DNA of 64,000 nt from Candidatus Buchananbacteria bacterium (GTDB lineage: Bacteria > Patescibacteriota > Patescibacteriia > 2-01-FULL-39-33): assembly GCA_030650095.1 (NCBI GenBank), contig JAUSEE010000002.1:6711-70710 (forward strand). Direction: 5' to 3'. Positions 39,153 through 48,590 of this stretch are shown piece by piece. A program made the position numbers and the translations under genes. Numbering within the stretch: position 1 is the stretch's first letter; each line of letters starts with the position of its first letter. Below the pieces are notes generated by a model. The model was given only the letters and a program-made list of their open reading frames with translations. It was not told the DNA's origin and ran no database searches.

Positions 39153-40439
39153 ATGATAAATTTTAAAATTCCTCTGGGTAAGATCAATTCAAAAAACGTG
39201 CCATTTTGGCTTTCTTTTATTTTTGTGCTTGTGTCTTTTACCTTAGGCCTCTTGTTGGGCGGCAATATTTCTCTTCAGAAAGGCAAAGAGATAATAAAAG
39301 GACTGGGTCCTAACGCTACCAGCACTTCATCCGGCATTGTTAAAGATAAGGATGGGGATATACCCGATTATCTTAAAAAAGACGTTGACTTTAATTTGTT
39401 TTGGGATGTCTGGAATATTGTTAAACAAGAAGCTTATGATAAAGATTTGCCGGATACCCAGCTCTTTTATGGAGCCCTGTCGGGCATCGTAGCTTCTCTG
39501 GATGATCCGCATTCTGTTTTTTTTACTCCGGATAACACCAACGACTTTAACGAAGAATTGGATGGAAAATTTGAAGGCATTGGCACGGAGATAGGCATGA
39601 GGAATAATATTTTAACGGTTATAGCTCCACTGGATAATTCACCGGCCTTGCGAGCCGGCTTGCGCCCCAAGGATTTGATTTTGGAAATTGATGGCAATAA
39701 AACAGACAATATGAGCCTTAACAAGGCTGTCAGCCTAATACGCGGCCAGAGCGGCAGCGAAGTGGTTTTGACTGTTTATCGCGACGGCTTTAAAGAGCCC
39801 AAAAAAATCTCGGTTATACGGGAAGCGATAAAAGTAAAAAGCCTGGAGTTTGAATTTAAAAATGACAATATCGCTTACATCAAAATCAGGCAATTCAATT
39901 CCGAAACTGTGCCACTCTTTAATGATGCGGTCATGGAAATACTCAAAAGGCCAAATATTGCCGGCATAATTTTAGATATGCGCTATAATCCAGGCGGTTA
40001 TTTGCAATCAGCCATAGATGTCGCCGGCGAATGGGTTGATGGCGACATAGTTGTCAGGGAAAAAGTGAGAGATGGCGAGGAAATAATACACCGATCTAAC
40101 AAATCAGCTAAGTTGGGCAAATTCAAGACAGTAGTTTTGGTTAATGCCGGCAGCGCTTCCGGTTCGGAAATTGTGGCCGGAGCTCTTCAGGATTTGGATA
40201 AGGCGATTATTTTAGGCACCCAGACATTCGGCAAAGGATCTGTCCAAAAGCTAATCAACTTAAAAGACGGTTCGTCCATTAAACTGACTATCGCCAAATG
40301 GTTTACACCCAGCGGCAATTCCATAGAAGGAGATGGCATTACGCCCGATATTAAGGTAGAAATAACCGACGATGATTACAACACCTACAAAGACCCGCAA
40401 CTTGACAAAGCTATCAGTATAATAACCGGCCAAGAGTAA
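39153..40439 (+). CDS. ctpA: S41 carboxyl-terminal processing protease
   Basis: PDZ, DMRYNPGG, SASGSEIVAGAL, TFGKGSVQ. Confidence 0.93.
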   Translation: MINFKIPLGKINSKNVPFWLSFIFVLVSFTLGLLLGGNISLQKGKEIIKGLGPNATSTSSGIVKDKDGDIPDYLKKDVDFNLFWDVWNIVKQEAYDKDLPDTQLFYGALSGIVASLDDPHSVFFTPDNTNDFNEELDGKFEGIGTEIGMRNNILTVIAPLDNSPALRAGLRPKDLILEIDGNKTDNMSLNKAVSLIRGQSGSEVVLTVYRDGFKEPKKISVIREAIKVKSLEFEFKNDNIAYIKIRQFNSETVPLFNDAVMEILKRPNIAGIILDMRYNPGGYLQSAIDVAGEWVDGDIVVREKVRDGEEIIHRSNKSAKLGKFKTVVLVNAGSASGSEIVAGALQDLDKAIILGTQTFGKGSVQKLINLKDGSSIKLTIAKWFTPSGNSIEGDGITPDIKVEITDDDYNTYKDPQLDKAISIITGQE

Positions 40440-40504
40440 TTGTATTAATTACTTGGCAAGTGTTATAATGGGAGCAAATTTAATTAAATTGCCTTAGTAA
40501 TTTT

Positions 40505-40945
40505 GTGAAAGTCATATTGCTTAAGAGAATTAAGAGAATCGGCGACATTGGAGATATTAAGGAAGTGGCCGACGGCCATGCCCTTAATTTTCTCATTCCT
40601 CAAAAAATGGCCGAACCGGCAACAGCGGAAAATATCAGCAAGCTTAAAAATCATAAAGAAGAAGCCACCAAAAAAGCGGAAGAGGATTTGATTTTAGCCC
40701 AAAAAAATGCCAAAAAACTCCAGGGGACAGTTATGGAAATAAAAGGCAAGCCCAACAGTGAGGGCCGTCTCTACTCCTCGATTTCCGCTTCGACCATAGT
40801 TGACAAGTTAAAAGAGATGGGAATAAGCATTACCAAAAAACAAGTCAATCTACTAGAGCCCATCAAGGAACTGGGCGAGCATTCGGTATTTATAGTTTTG
40901 GATCATGGCCTGGAAGCCGAAATAAATATTATTGTTAGCGAATGA
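40505..40945 (+). CDS. rplI: 50S ribosomal protein L9
   Basis: MKVILL...EVADGHALNFLIP, PIKELGEH; GTG start. Confidence 0.93.
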   Translation: MKVILLKRIKRIGDIGDIKEVADGHALNFLIPQKMAEPATAENISKLKNHKEEATKKAEEDLILAQKNAKKLQGTVMEIKGKPNSEGRLYSSISASTIVDKLKEMGISITKKQVNLLEPIKELGEHSVFIVLDHGLEAEINIIVSE

Positions 40946-40975
40946 TGATTTAGCACTCTAAAATCCGGTTTTTCA

Positions 40976-41003
40976 AAATAGGGGCTTCGCCCTCTATTTT
41001 TTT
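40976..41003 (+). terminator. Intrinsic terminator
   Basis: AAATAGGGGCTTCGCCCTCTATTT followed by T-run. Confidence 0.7.
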
Positions 41004-41036
41004 GTTTTTAATGGTTAATAATAAATTAAAATAATT

Positions 41037-42677
41037 ATGGCGGATAGAAAATATATTTTTGTCATTGGCGGGGTAATGTCCGGCGTGGGTAAGGGCATTG
41101 CCAGCGCTTCCATCGGGCTGATACTTCAGGCCAGGGGATTGAAAGTGACGGCGGTAAAAATTGATCCTTATATCAATGTCGATGCCGGAACGATGAATCC
41201 AACCGAACACGGCGAAGTTTATGTTACCAGCGATGGCGATGAAACCGATCAGGATATCGGCAATTATGAAAGATTTTTAAATATCGATATTTACCGCGAT
41301 AATTATATGACTACCGGACGGGTTTATCGTTCTGTCATTGAAAGAGAAAGGAACTTAGAATATGGTGGCAAATGCGTGGAAGTGGTGCCTCACATACCGT
41401 TGGAAGTAATAGGGCGGATAAAGGGCGCCGCCGAAAAAGCCGACGCCGATGTAACTATTGTGGAGGTGGGCGGAACAGTGGGCGAGTACCAAAATATTTT
41501 GTTTTTAGAAGCGGCTAGAATGATGAAATTGAATAACACCGACGATGTCATATCTATCCTGGTTTCCTATTTGCCGGTGCCTTCTAAAATCGGTGAAATG
41601 AAAACCAAACCGACTCAAACGGCGGCTAAGATGCTTAATTCAGCCGGCATTCAGCCTGATTTTATTTTATGCCGGGCCGATCAGCCCATTGATGATCCTA
41701 GAAAAGAAAAAATAGCCATGTTTTGCAATGTCCATAAAGAGGAGATAATCTCTGCTCCTGATGCCGATATTGTTTATGATATACCGCTTAATTTTGAAAA
41801 AGAAAACTTATCCGAAAAGATATTAAAAAAACTTCATTTAGAAATTACTCCGCTAGATTTAAGCCCTTGGCAGAGTTTGATAGAAAAAATAAAAAATACT
41901 AGCGGGAGCATTAAAATAGGTATTATCGGCAAATATTTTGAGACCGGTGATTTCATTTTGTCCGATGCTTATATTTCGGTTATTGAAAGCTTAAAGTACG
42001 CCGCTTGGCATAACGGCTTAAAGCCGGAAATACATTGGCTAAATTCCGATATTTATGATGGCCATGGAGAAAAATTAGAAGAATTAAAAAACTATAATTG
42101 TCTGGTGGTGCCGGGGGGCTTCGGCTCGCGCGGAGTTGAAGGGAAAATCGCGGCTATCAAATATGCCCGAGAAAATAAAATACCGTTTTTAGGCTTATGC
42201 TATGGCATGCAACTCGCTTCCCTAGAATTTGCCCGGCATGTTTGCGGACTAAACGAAGCTCATACCACCGAAATAAATCAGGAAACAACCAACCCGATTA
42301 TCCATATCATGCCAGAGCAAGCCGAAAAATTAGCTAAAAAGCAATACGGCAATACGATGAGATTGGGAAACTACCCTTGTGTTTTAAAGCCTGGATCATT
42401 GGCCGCTAAATTGTATGACAAACTGGAAGTCAACGAAAGGCATCGCCATCGTTATGAATTTAATAATGATTATCGGGATATGATGGAAGAAGCCGGGTTT
42501 ATTGTTTCCGGTACTTCGCCGGACAATCAACTGGTGGAGATTATCGAACTCTCTGAGAATATCCATCCGTTTTTTGTCGCCACACAATTCCATCCCGAAT
42601 TCAAATCCAGGCCGCTTGATCCCCATCCTTTATTTTTAGGCTTGATTAAAGCTGGTTTGAATAGGTTAAGAGCTTAA
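41037..42677 (+). CDS. pyrG: CTP synthase
   Basis: GGVMSGVGKG, KTKPTQ, GLCYGMQ, QFHPEF. Confidence 0.98.
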   Translation: MADRKYIFVIGGVMSGVGKGIASASIGLILQARGLKVTAVKIDPYINVDAGTMNPTEHGEVYVTSDGDETDQDIGNYERFLNIDIYRDNYMTTGRVYRSVIERERNLEYGGKCVEVVPHIPLEVIGRIKGAAEKADADVTIVEVGGTVGEYQNILFLEAARMMKLNNTDDVISILVSYLPVPSKIGEMKTKPTQTAAKMLNSAGIQPDFILCRADQPIDDPRKEKIAMFCNVHKEEIISAPDADIVYDIPLNFEKENLSEKILKKLHLEITPLDLSPWQSLIEKIKNTSGSIKIGIIGKYFETGDFILSDAYISVIESLKYAAWHNGLKPEIHWLNSDIYDGHGEKLEELKNYNCLVVPGGFGSRGVEGKIAAIKYARENKIPFLGLCYGMQLASLEFARHVCGLNEAHTTEINQETTNPIIHIMPEQAEKLAKKQYGNTMRLGNYPCVLKPGSLAAKLYDKLEVNERHRHRYEFNNDYRDMMEEAGFIVSGTSPDNQLVEIIELSENIHPFFVATQFHPEFKSRPLDPHPLFLGLIKAGLNRLRA

Positions 42678-42689
42678 TTTTTCTAAAAT

Positions 42690-42717
42690 AAAAAGACTCC
42701 CTATTGGGAGCCTTTTT
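42690..42717. terminator. Bidirectional terminator between pyrG and rpmA
   Basis: AAAAAGACTCCC-TATT-GGGAGCCTTTTT. Confidence 0.75.
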
Positions 42718-42725
42718 ATTTTAGA

Positions 42726-42998
42726 TTATTCAACGCTCACCATTTGAACATTTTCCAACTTGCCGTTGAATTTTTTTACTTTTTTTCTGGTGTATTTTAC
42801 TAAACCATGGCCGGTGGCGAAAATAGAATCATCTTTAGCGATCCTGGTGTTTTTGCCAGGCCTATATCTACTGCCTCTTTGTCTTACGACGATAGCTCCT
42901 GTTTTGGCGCTTTCACCGCCGTATAATTTTATTCCCAGTCTTTGGGAGTTGGAATCTCGGCCCAGCCTAGTACTGCCGCCAGCTTTCTTAGTTGACAT
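42726..42998 (-). CDS. rpmA: 50S ribosomal protein L27
   Basis: MSTKKAGGSTRLGRDSNSQRLGIK, VRQRG. Confidence 0.97.
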   Translation of the reverse strand: MSTKKAGGSTRLGRDSNSQRLGIKLYGGESAKTGAIVVRQRGSRYRPGKNTRIAKDDSIFATGHGLVKYTRKKVKKFNGKLENVQMVSVE

Positions 42999-43066
42999 AT
43001 TTAACCCTTTTATTTGTTATAAAATTAACAATCATCATTTTAACTTATTTTTAAACAAAAGTCAAG

Positions 43067-43209
43067 TTTTATAATGTTGCTGCCCGAATACCACTGGCTT
43101 TTAAGCCAGGGGATGAAGGGCAGTGTGAGTAAAAATACGTCGGCGGAGCCGACACCATCCATTTGAAACCGCCCAGATACCCCGCTCTTTAGAGCGGGGT
43201 CGGGTTCAT
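43067..43209 (+). mobile_element. 143-bp non-autonomous IS200/IS605-like element, copy 1
   Basis: Left hairpin CCACTGGCTTTTAAGCCAGGGG, central GTCGGCGGAGCCGAC, right hairpin ACCCCGCTCTTTAGAGCGGGGT ending GGGTTCAT; three copies in the window. Confidence 0.8.
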
Positions 43210-43226
43210 CAGTTATATATAAAAAT

Positions 43227-43251
43227 AAGGCCAACTTGTTAAGTTGACCTT
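43227..43251 (-). terminator. Intrinsic terminator of the clpP-like gene
   Basis: AAGGTCAACTT-AAC-AAGTTGGCCTT then ATTTTT on minus strand. Confidence 0.65.
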
Positions 43252-43920
43252 TTAATTTGGCCATTCTTGCAGGATGCCATCGGCAAACCCCCAATCAATA
43301 GCTTGCTCAGGAGTAAGAAAGACATCACTTTTCTTTTCCATTTCCCTATTAATCAGAGCGCGTATTTTTTCTTGGCTCCAGCCTTTGAATTTTGGACCAC
43401 CTCTGGCTTTTTCGACGTAAATATCAACCATTGTTTTGGCGCCAAGTTTGATGAAATCGATATTACTTTGAACTGTTCTCAGTTCGCCGCCAAGTTCCAA
43501 TGTTCCCAAATGGAACATAAAATAAGAATTGGGCATCATCAGCCTAATATCTCCGGCTTGGAAAATAATGGAAGACATGCTGCGGGCGTGGGTGTAGGAG
43601 ATTATAGTGACTTGATAAGGCATGGATTTTATGGTATCATAGATAGCCATGCCTTCCTCGTAGATTCCACCGCAAGTATGCAGATGGATTGTTACCGGCT
43701 CGGCAGCTGATTGCCTTCTTAAAATGTGAAGATTTTTAATGACTTTATTAGCCATCATAAATTCTACGCCCGGCTCTATGCCCTGGTAGCTATCGGTATT
43801 CATATCAACACCATGTATCCAAATATCACGATTAACTACATCAATCCAGTGGTTATGAACCTTCTCGACGAAATAAGCGGTTGAAATCGGCACACCAATG
43901 CGATTCCTGCCTTGCCCCAT
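43252..43920 (-). CDS. Divergent ClpP-family protease
   Basis: HTCGG, ARSMSSII (Ser), FMFH (His), DVFLTPEQAIDWGFAD; ATG 43920 chosen for the AGGAGGT SD. Confidence 0.85.
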   Translation of the reverse strand: MGQGRNRIGVPISTAYFVEKVHNHWIDVVNRDIWIHGVDMNTDSYQGIEPGVEFMMANKVIKNLHILRRQSAAEPVTIHLHTCGGIYEEGMAIYDTIKSMPYQVTIISYTHARSMSSIIFQAGDIRLMMPNSYFMFHLGTLELGGELRTVQSNIDFIKLGAKTMVDIYVEKARGGPKFKGWSQEKIRALINREMEKKSDVFLTPEQAIDWGFADGILQEWPN

Positions 43921-43927
43921 TTCTTTC

Positions 43928-44000
43928 ACCTCCTCGTTGGTTTTTTAATGTGCGTTAGCCTTAGTAGATTAATTTTATTATATTTTAAGGCATTAATCAA
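43928..44000 (-). promoter_or_regulatory. Promoter, boxA-like motif and SD of the clpP-like gene
   Basis: TTGATT-17-TAAAAT, GCACATTAAAAA (43953-43942), AGGAGGT (43934-43928). Confidence 0.6.
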
Positions 44001-44062
44001 TATCTACCAATATCTCGCCAATTTGTTATAATTTATCTATTAAATAGTAAGATACAAAAACT

Positions 44063-44869
44063 ATGCTTGGAAAAGTAGTCATGATTTTAACTTTAGCGGT
44101 TTTTTTAACCGGCTGCGGCAGACAGTCGACTTTTGTCAATGTTAATTTACCACTGGAAGACATCAAGCCGTCTGTAAATGGCGTAACGTCAACCGGTGCC
44201 GGTGGAAATAATGTTACCAACACTAATACTAATATTAACAAGAATACCAATGTATCCGCTCCTGTGCCAACTAAGGTAGAAATTCCGGCTAAACTAGAAT
44301 TGAAAGTGGCTTTCGCGCCTCAAGCGCCTTTCGGCAATTGGAACGAATTACATGAAGAGGCCTGCGAGGAAGCTTCCATGATAACAGCGGCTAAATATTT
44401 TTTAAGCCAGCCCTTAACTGAAGCAATAATGGAAGAAGAAATAGCTAAATTGGATGCTTGGGAAAAAAGTAACGGCTATAAGATTGATTTGAGCGCTTCT
44501 CAAACGGCTGCTGTGTTGGAAGCCTATTTTAAGGTGCAGGCCGAAGTGAGTGATGATGTCAGCGTGGACCGGATTAAGTATGAATTAAGCCGCGGCAATT
44601 TAATAATAGTGCCGGCTGCCGGCCGGGAATTGGACAATCCTTATTTTAGAAGTCCAGGACCGATTTATCATATGTTGGTTATCAGAGGATACAATAGCAG
44701 TGAATTTATTGTTAATGAAGTCGGCACAAAAAGAGGCGATGGCTTTAAATATAAGTATCAAACTTTGATCAGCGCTGTTCATGATTGGGATCCTGCTTGG
44801 TCTCATTATGAAGTTATAGGTAGCCAAATGAGCGCCCAACCCAAAAGAATGGTCATAGTTAGTAAGTAG
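44063..44869 (+). CDS. C39-like cysteine peptidase lipoprotein
   Basis: Lipobox LTGC, Q-AP...ACEEAS, YHMLVIRGY. Confidence 0.8.
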   Translation: MLGKVVMILTLAVFLTGCGRQSTFVNVNLPLEDIKPSVNGVTSTGAGGNNVTNTNTNINKNTNVSAPVPTKVEIPAKLELKVAFAPQAPFGNWNELHEEACEEASMITAAKYFLSQPLTEAIMEEEIAKLDAWEKSNGYKIDLSASQTAAVLEAYFKVQAEVSDDVSVDRIKYELSRGNLIIVPAAGRELDNPYFRSPGPIYHMLVIRGYNSSEFIVNEVGTKRGDGFKYKYQTLISAVHDWDPAWSHYEVIGSQMSAQPKRMVIVSK

Positions 44870-44888
44870 CAATATTGGACTTTTAACT

Positions 44889-44944
44889 TTGACAGCTCAA
44901 GCTTATTTTGCTATGGTATAAATACCAACTAATTTAGTAGGAAT
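44889..44944 (+). promoter_or_regulatory. Sigma70 promoter plus Rrf2/IscR-like palindrome
   Basis: TTGACA-17-TATGGT with TG extension; ATACCAACTAATTTAGTAGGAAT at 44922-44944. Confidence 0.6.
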
Positions 44945-45003
44945 TAAATGGAATGTCTTTCTGACTATTTCCAAGTTGCCGGTTTTATCAATAATTTAAT
45001 TTT

Positions 45004-45846
45004 ATGATACCAAGCTTAATCATTGCCCTAAGAGAAACTCTGGAAGCCGCCCTTATTATTGGCATCATCATAGGCTATTTAAATAAAACCGGACAACAAA
45101 AATACAAAAAAATTGTTGCTTTGGCTGTTATTTTAGCGGTTATAGCCAGTGTTATTGGAGCTTTTTTGTTTAATACACTAGCGGGCGGGTTTGAAGGCAG
45201 GGCCGAACAGATATTTGAGGGTATCACTATGGCGATTGGAGCTATCATGCTTACCACTATGATCTTATGGATGATCGGCCATAAAAAAACGGGCCAGGGC
45301 TTAAAAGATCATTTGGCCAGTGGAGCAGTGAATCAGCGCGCAGTAGGATTATTTTTTTTAGTTTTTATTTCAATTTTAAGAGAGGGCATAGAATTAGTTC
45401 TTTTTTTGGGTGTAGCCAGTTTCGTCTCTGGTGGCAATAATCTGCTTGGCGCATTGGCCGGCATAATTTTAGCTGTTATTTTCGGCTACACCATATTTGC
45501 CGGCTTGATGCAAATTGACATTAAAAAGTTTTTTAACATAACCAGCATCTTGCTTGTATTATTCGCCGCCGGTCTGGTAGCTCACGGTATCCATGAGTTT
45601 GAAGAAGCTGGAATTATACCGATTGTTATTGAGCATATTTGGGATATAAATCCGGCTGTAAATGCCGATGGCAGTTATCCGGCTCTTCATGAAGACGGCT
45701 GGCTAGGTGGTATTATGAAAGGGTTATTCGGCTATAATGGCAATCCATCACTTTTGGAATTAATCGGTTATGTCTTATACTTATTAATTATTACCCTAGT
45801 CGGTAAAAAAAATAATCCGGTTTCAATAAACCCGACCCCGCTCTAA
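45004..45846 (+). CDS. FTR1-family iron permease
   Basis: LRETLE and LREGIE (RExxE) motifs, about 7 TM. Confidence 0.93.
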   Translation: MIPSLIIALRETLEAALIIGIIIGYLNKTGQQKYKKIVALAVILAVIASVIGAFLFNTLAGGFEGRAEQIFEGITMAIGAIMLTTMILWMIGHKKTGQGLKDHLASGAVNQRAVGLFFLVFISILREGIELVLFLGVASFVSGGNNLLGALAGIILAVIFGYTIFAGLMQIDIKKFFNITSILLVLFAAGLVAHGIHEFEEAGIIPIVIEHIWDINPAVNADGSYPALHEDGWLGGIMKGLFGYNGNPSLLELIGYVLYLLIITLVGKKNNPVSINPTPL

Positions 45847-45968
45847 AGAGCGGGGTATCCGGGCGGTTTCAAATGGAGGGTGTCGGCTCCGCCGACGTAT
45901 TTTTCCTCACACTGCCCCCCGTCCCCTGGCTTAAAAGCCAGTGGTATTCGGGCAGCAACATTATAAAA
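45826..45968 (-). mobile_element. IS200/IS605-like MITE, copy 2
   Basis: Reverse complement of 43067-43209 with a few substitutions; overlaps the FTR1 stop. Confidence 0.8.
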
Positions 45969-46039
45969 ACACCTTTATGATTTATGGGCTGAAAAATTGC
46001 CGGCTTAATACGGTGAATAAAAAATTATATTAATAATAT

Positions 46040-46573
46040 ATGATCGAACTAACGCAAGTATTATCAGATGAACACCAAAATATTTTGAAAGTTATCGGAG
46101 CGCTTAAAAAAGAGTGCCAAGCCATAGAAAACGGCCGGCCGGTGGACCAGGAATTTTTTGCCACCGCCATTGATTTTATCAGGAACTACGCTGACAAGTT
46201 TCATCATGCCAAAGAAGAGGACATTTTATTTAAGGCCATGTGCCAAGATGATGTGGCTATGCATTGCAACCCGGTAGATCAAATGTTGCATGAGCATGAT
46301 TTGGGGCGCAATTATGTTAAAAATTTAGAAGAAGGCTTGAATCAAAACAATATTAATGATATTTTAATGAACGCCAGAGGCTACGCCTATTTACTGGAGG
46401 ATCATATTTCCAAAGAGGACAATATTTTATATCCCATGGCCGACCAGGTTTTATCATTGGAAAAACAGCAAGCCATAAAGCGTGATTTTGAAACAGCTGA
46501 AAGTGTTAAATTCGGCCCGGAAGTGAAAGAAAAATATTTGAGCCTAGTTAAGATTTTTGAAGAGAGAATATAA
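46040..46573 (+). CDS. Hemerythrin-domain protein
   Basis: EH, HHAKEE, EH, HISKE iron-ligand pattern. Confidence 0.92.
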   Translation: MIELTQVLSDEHQNILKVIGALKKECQAIENGRPVDQEFFATAIDFIRNYADKFHHAKEEDILFKAMCQDDVAMHCNPVDQMLHEHDLGRNYVKNLEEGLNQNNINDILMNARGYAYLLEDHISKEDNILYPMADQVLSLEKQQAIKRDFETAESVKFGPEVKEKYLSLVKIFEERI

Positions 46574-46585
46574 AATCAATGAACC

Positions 46586-46810
46586 ATGATACGTAAAATA
46601 AAAAAACAATTAAACAAGATACGTCCCTACATCCAAATGGATGGCGGCGATGTTGAATTTATTTCTTTTGATGATAAATCCGGCGCTTTGACTATCAGAT
46701 TGCAAGGAGCTTGCGTAGGCTGTCCTATGTCGCAAATCACTTTGCAAGAAGGGATAGGCAAGACTATCAAACAAGAAATACCGGAAGTCAGGGAAGTCAT
46801 AGCTATTTAA
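46586..46810 (+). CDS. NifU/NfuA C-terminal domain protein
   Basis: IRPYIQMDGGD, LQGACVGCP. Confidence 0.95.
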   Translation: MIRKIKKQLNKIRPYIQMDGGDVEFISFDDKSGALTIRLQGACVGCPMSQITLQEGIGKTIKQEIPEVREVIAI

Positions 46811-46812
46811 AT

Positions 46813-48012
46813 ATGAAACATAATATTTATTTTGACAATGCCGCCACCACTAAAGTCGATCCAGCAGTTTTAAGTGCCATGCTGCCTTATTTTAGCGATG
46901 AGTATGGCAATGCTTCCTCCCTTCATTATGCCGGCTTGAACAACCGGGTAGTTGTGGATCGTTCACAGGCTAAAATAGCCGATTTTTTGGGTTGCGATAA
47001 ATCGGAGGTATATTTCACGTCCGGAGCTACGGAAAGCGATAATATGGCCATTTTAGGCGTTACAGAGGCCATAAACAATGGCTCAAATAAGGCTAAAAGG
47101 CATGTTATTACCACTAAGATAGAACATGATGCTATTTTAGAGCCTTGCCGTGAATTGGAAAAAATGGGCGTTAAAGTAACTTATCTTACTCCCAATCAAG
47201 ACGGCCTTGTTACTGCCGAAAAAGTGAAGGCAGCCATTGAGCCGGAAACTGTTCTGGTTTCCATAATGTATGTTAATAATGAAATAGGGACAATTTTGCC
47301 GATTGGGGAAATCGGCCGGATGATTACCCAGTTAAACAGCCAAAGAGAGAATAAGATATATTTTCATACTGATGCCACTCAAGCCTTGAATTTTTTGGAT
47401 TGCAATGTGGAGGCTCTAAAAGTAGATTTATTATCTCTTTCCGGCCATAAAATTTACGGCCCCAAGGGCATCGGCGCAATTTATATCAGACGAGGCACGC
47501 CCTTCAAGCCTATTACCTTCGGCGGGCATCAGCAGGCTGGCGTTAGGCCGGGAACTTATAACGTGCCAGCCGTAGCGGGTTTAGCCGAGGCGGTAAATTC
47601 TTTAAGCGATAAAAAAACAATTGACCAGCAAAATGATAAAATTAAAGAATTAAGAGATTATATTATTAAGCAAGTGCTCCTAAGAATAACCGGATCAATT
47701 GTTACCGGTACCAAAGAGGAGAGATCTCCCAATAATGCCAGCTTTGTTTTTGAAGGCGTTAAAGGCGAGGATATCGTTTTGAGCTTGTCCGAAAAAGGCC
47801 TAGCTGTTTCTACCGGTTCGGCTTGTTCCTCCGGTTCGCTAGATCCGTCTCATGTGCTCTTGGCTTTGGGCTTAAAACCGGAATTGGCTCATGGCAGCTT
47901 AAGAGTCAGCTTGAGCAAGTATAATACCGAAAATGAAGCCAAGGTATTTGTAGAAGAGCTTGAGGAAACCGTTTCCCAGCTTAGAAAAATAATGAACCCG
48001 ACCCCGCTCTAA
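46813..48012 (+). CDS. iscS: Cysteine desulfurase (IscS/NifS type)
   Basis: YFDNAATT, SGHKIYGPKG, STGSACSS; start corrected to ATG 46813. Confidence 0.95.
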   Translation: MKHNIYFDNAATTKVDPAVLSAMLPYFSDEYGNASSLHYAGLNNRVVVDRSQAKIADFLGCDKSEVYFTSGATESDNMAILGVTEAINNGSNKAKRHVITTKIEHDAILEPCRELEKMGVKVTYLTPNQDGLVTAEKVKAAIEPETVLVSIMYVNNEIGTILPIGEIGRMITQLNSQRENKIYFHTDATQALNFLDCNVEALKVDLLSLSGHKIYGPKGIGAIYIRRGTPFKPITFGGHQQAGVRPGTYNVPAVAGLAEAVNSLSDKKTIDQQNDKIKELRDYIIKQVLLRITGSIVTGTKEERSPNNASFVFEGVKGEDIVLSLSEKGLAVSTGSACSSGSLDPSHVLLALGLKPELAHGSLRVSLSKYNTENEAKVFVEELEETVSQLRKIMNPTPL

Positions 48013-48235
48013 AGAGCGGGGTACCCGTCTGCCTACGCCTACCTTAATTTATTGATTAAGGCATTGGGTTTGCGTAAAAATAATTTGTTTTTAAGAAAAA
48101 ATAAGGACGGCAATGGCGGGCAGGTCAGGGCGGTTGAAAATGGAAGGTGTCGGCTCCGCCGACGTATTTTTCCTCACACTGCCCTTCATCCCCTGGCTTA
48201 AAAGCCAGGGGTATTCGGGCAGCAACATTATAAAA
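47992..48235 (-). mobile_element. IS200/IS605-like MITE, copy 3, with 101-bp nested insert
   Basis: Matches copies 1 and 2 except for extra sequence at 48024-48124; overlaps the iscS stop. Confidence 0.8.
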
Positions 48236-48243
48236 TACTCAAG

Positions 48244-48271
48244 AAAAAACCGCCGTGAGGGCGGTTTTTTT
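48244..48271. terminator. Bidirectional terminator
   Basis: AAAAAACCGCC-GTGAG-GGCGGTTTTTT. Confidence 0.85.
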
Positions 48272-48590
48272 AAGGCTTGGGCTGCTCGGGAGGTGGGAGG
48301 GTTAAGTTTTGGAAAGGATCCTTTATTTGCTCGGTATTGATCTGTTCTGTTTGGATTTTAGATTCAACATTGCTTATAATCTGGTTAAACTTATCCCTTT
48401 CCAAGCTTTGGTCGGATATTTCTTTTCTGAGATCGGTAATAAGCTCGGCTTGAATTATAGTTTGATAAACATTGTTGTATAAAAATCTGGTTAAGATAAT
48501 CAGGGTAATAACAATCACAATTATAGTGGCCGGGTAAAGATAGCGGACTATCAGAAAAAAATTGATTTTTTTAATATTTGGGCGTTTCAT
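48270..48590 (-). CDS. Small membrane-anchored protein at the end of the pilus operon (PilP position)
   Basis: One TM, C-terminal KDPF; follows pilO. Confidence 0.55.
   Translation of the reverse strand: MKRPNIKKINFFLIVRYLYPATIIVIVITLIILTRFLYNNVYQTIIQAELITDLRKEISDQSLERDKFNQIISNVESKIQTEQINTEQIKDPFQNLTLPPPEQPKP

Noticed and set aside
35791-43920. Prophage suggested by the dCMP deaminase and ClpP-like genes
   Set aside because: Both are isolated among housekeeping genes; no integrase, terminase or structural genes
46711-46812. N-terminal extension of IscS
   Set aside because: It overlaps the nifU gene out of frame; family similarity begins at ATG 46813
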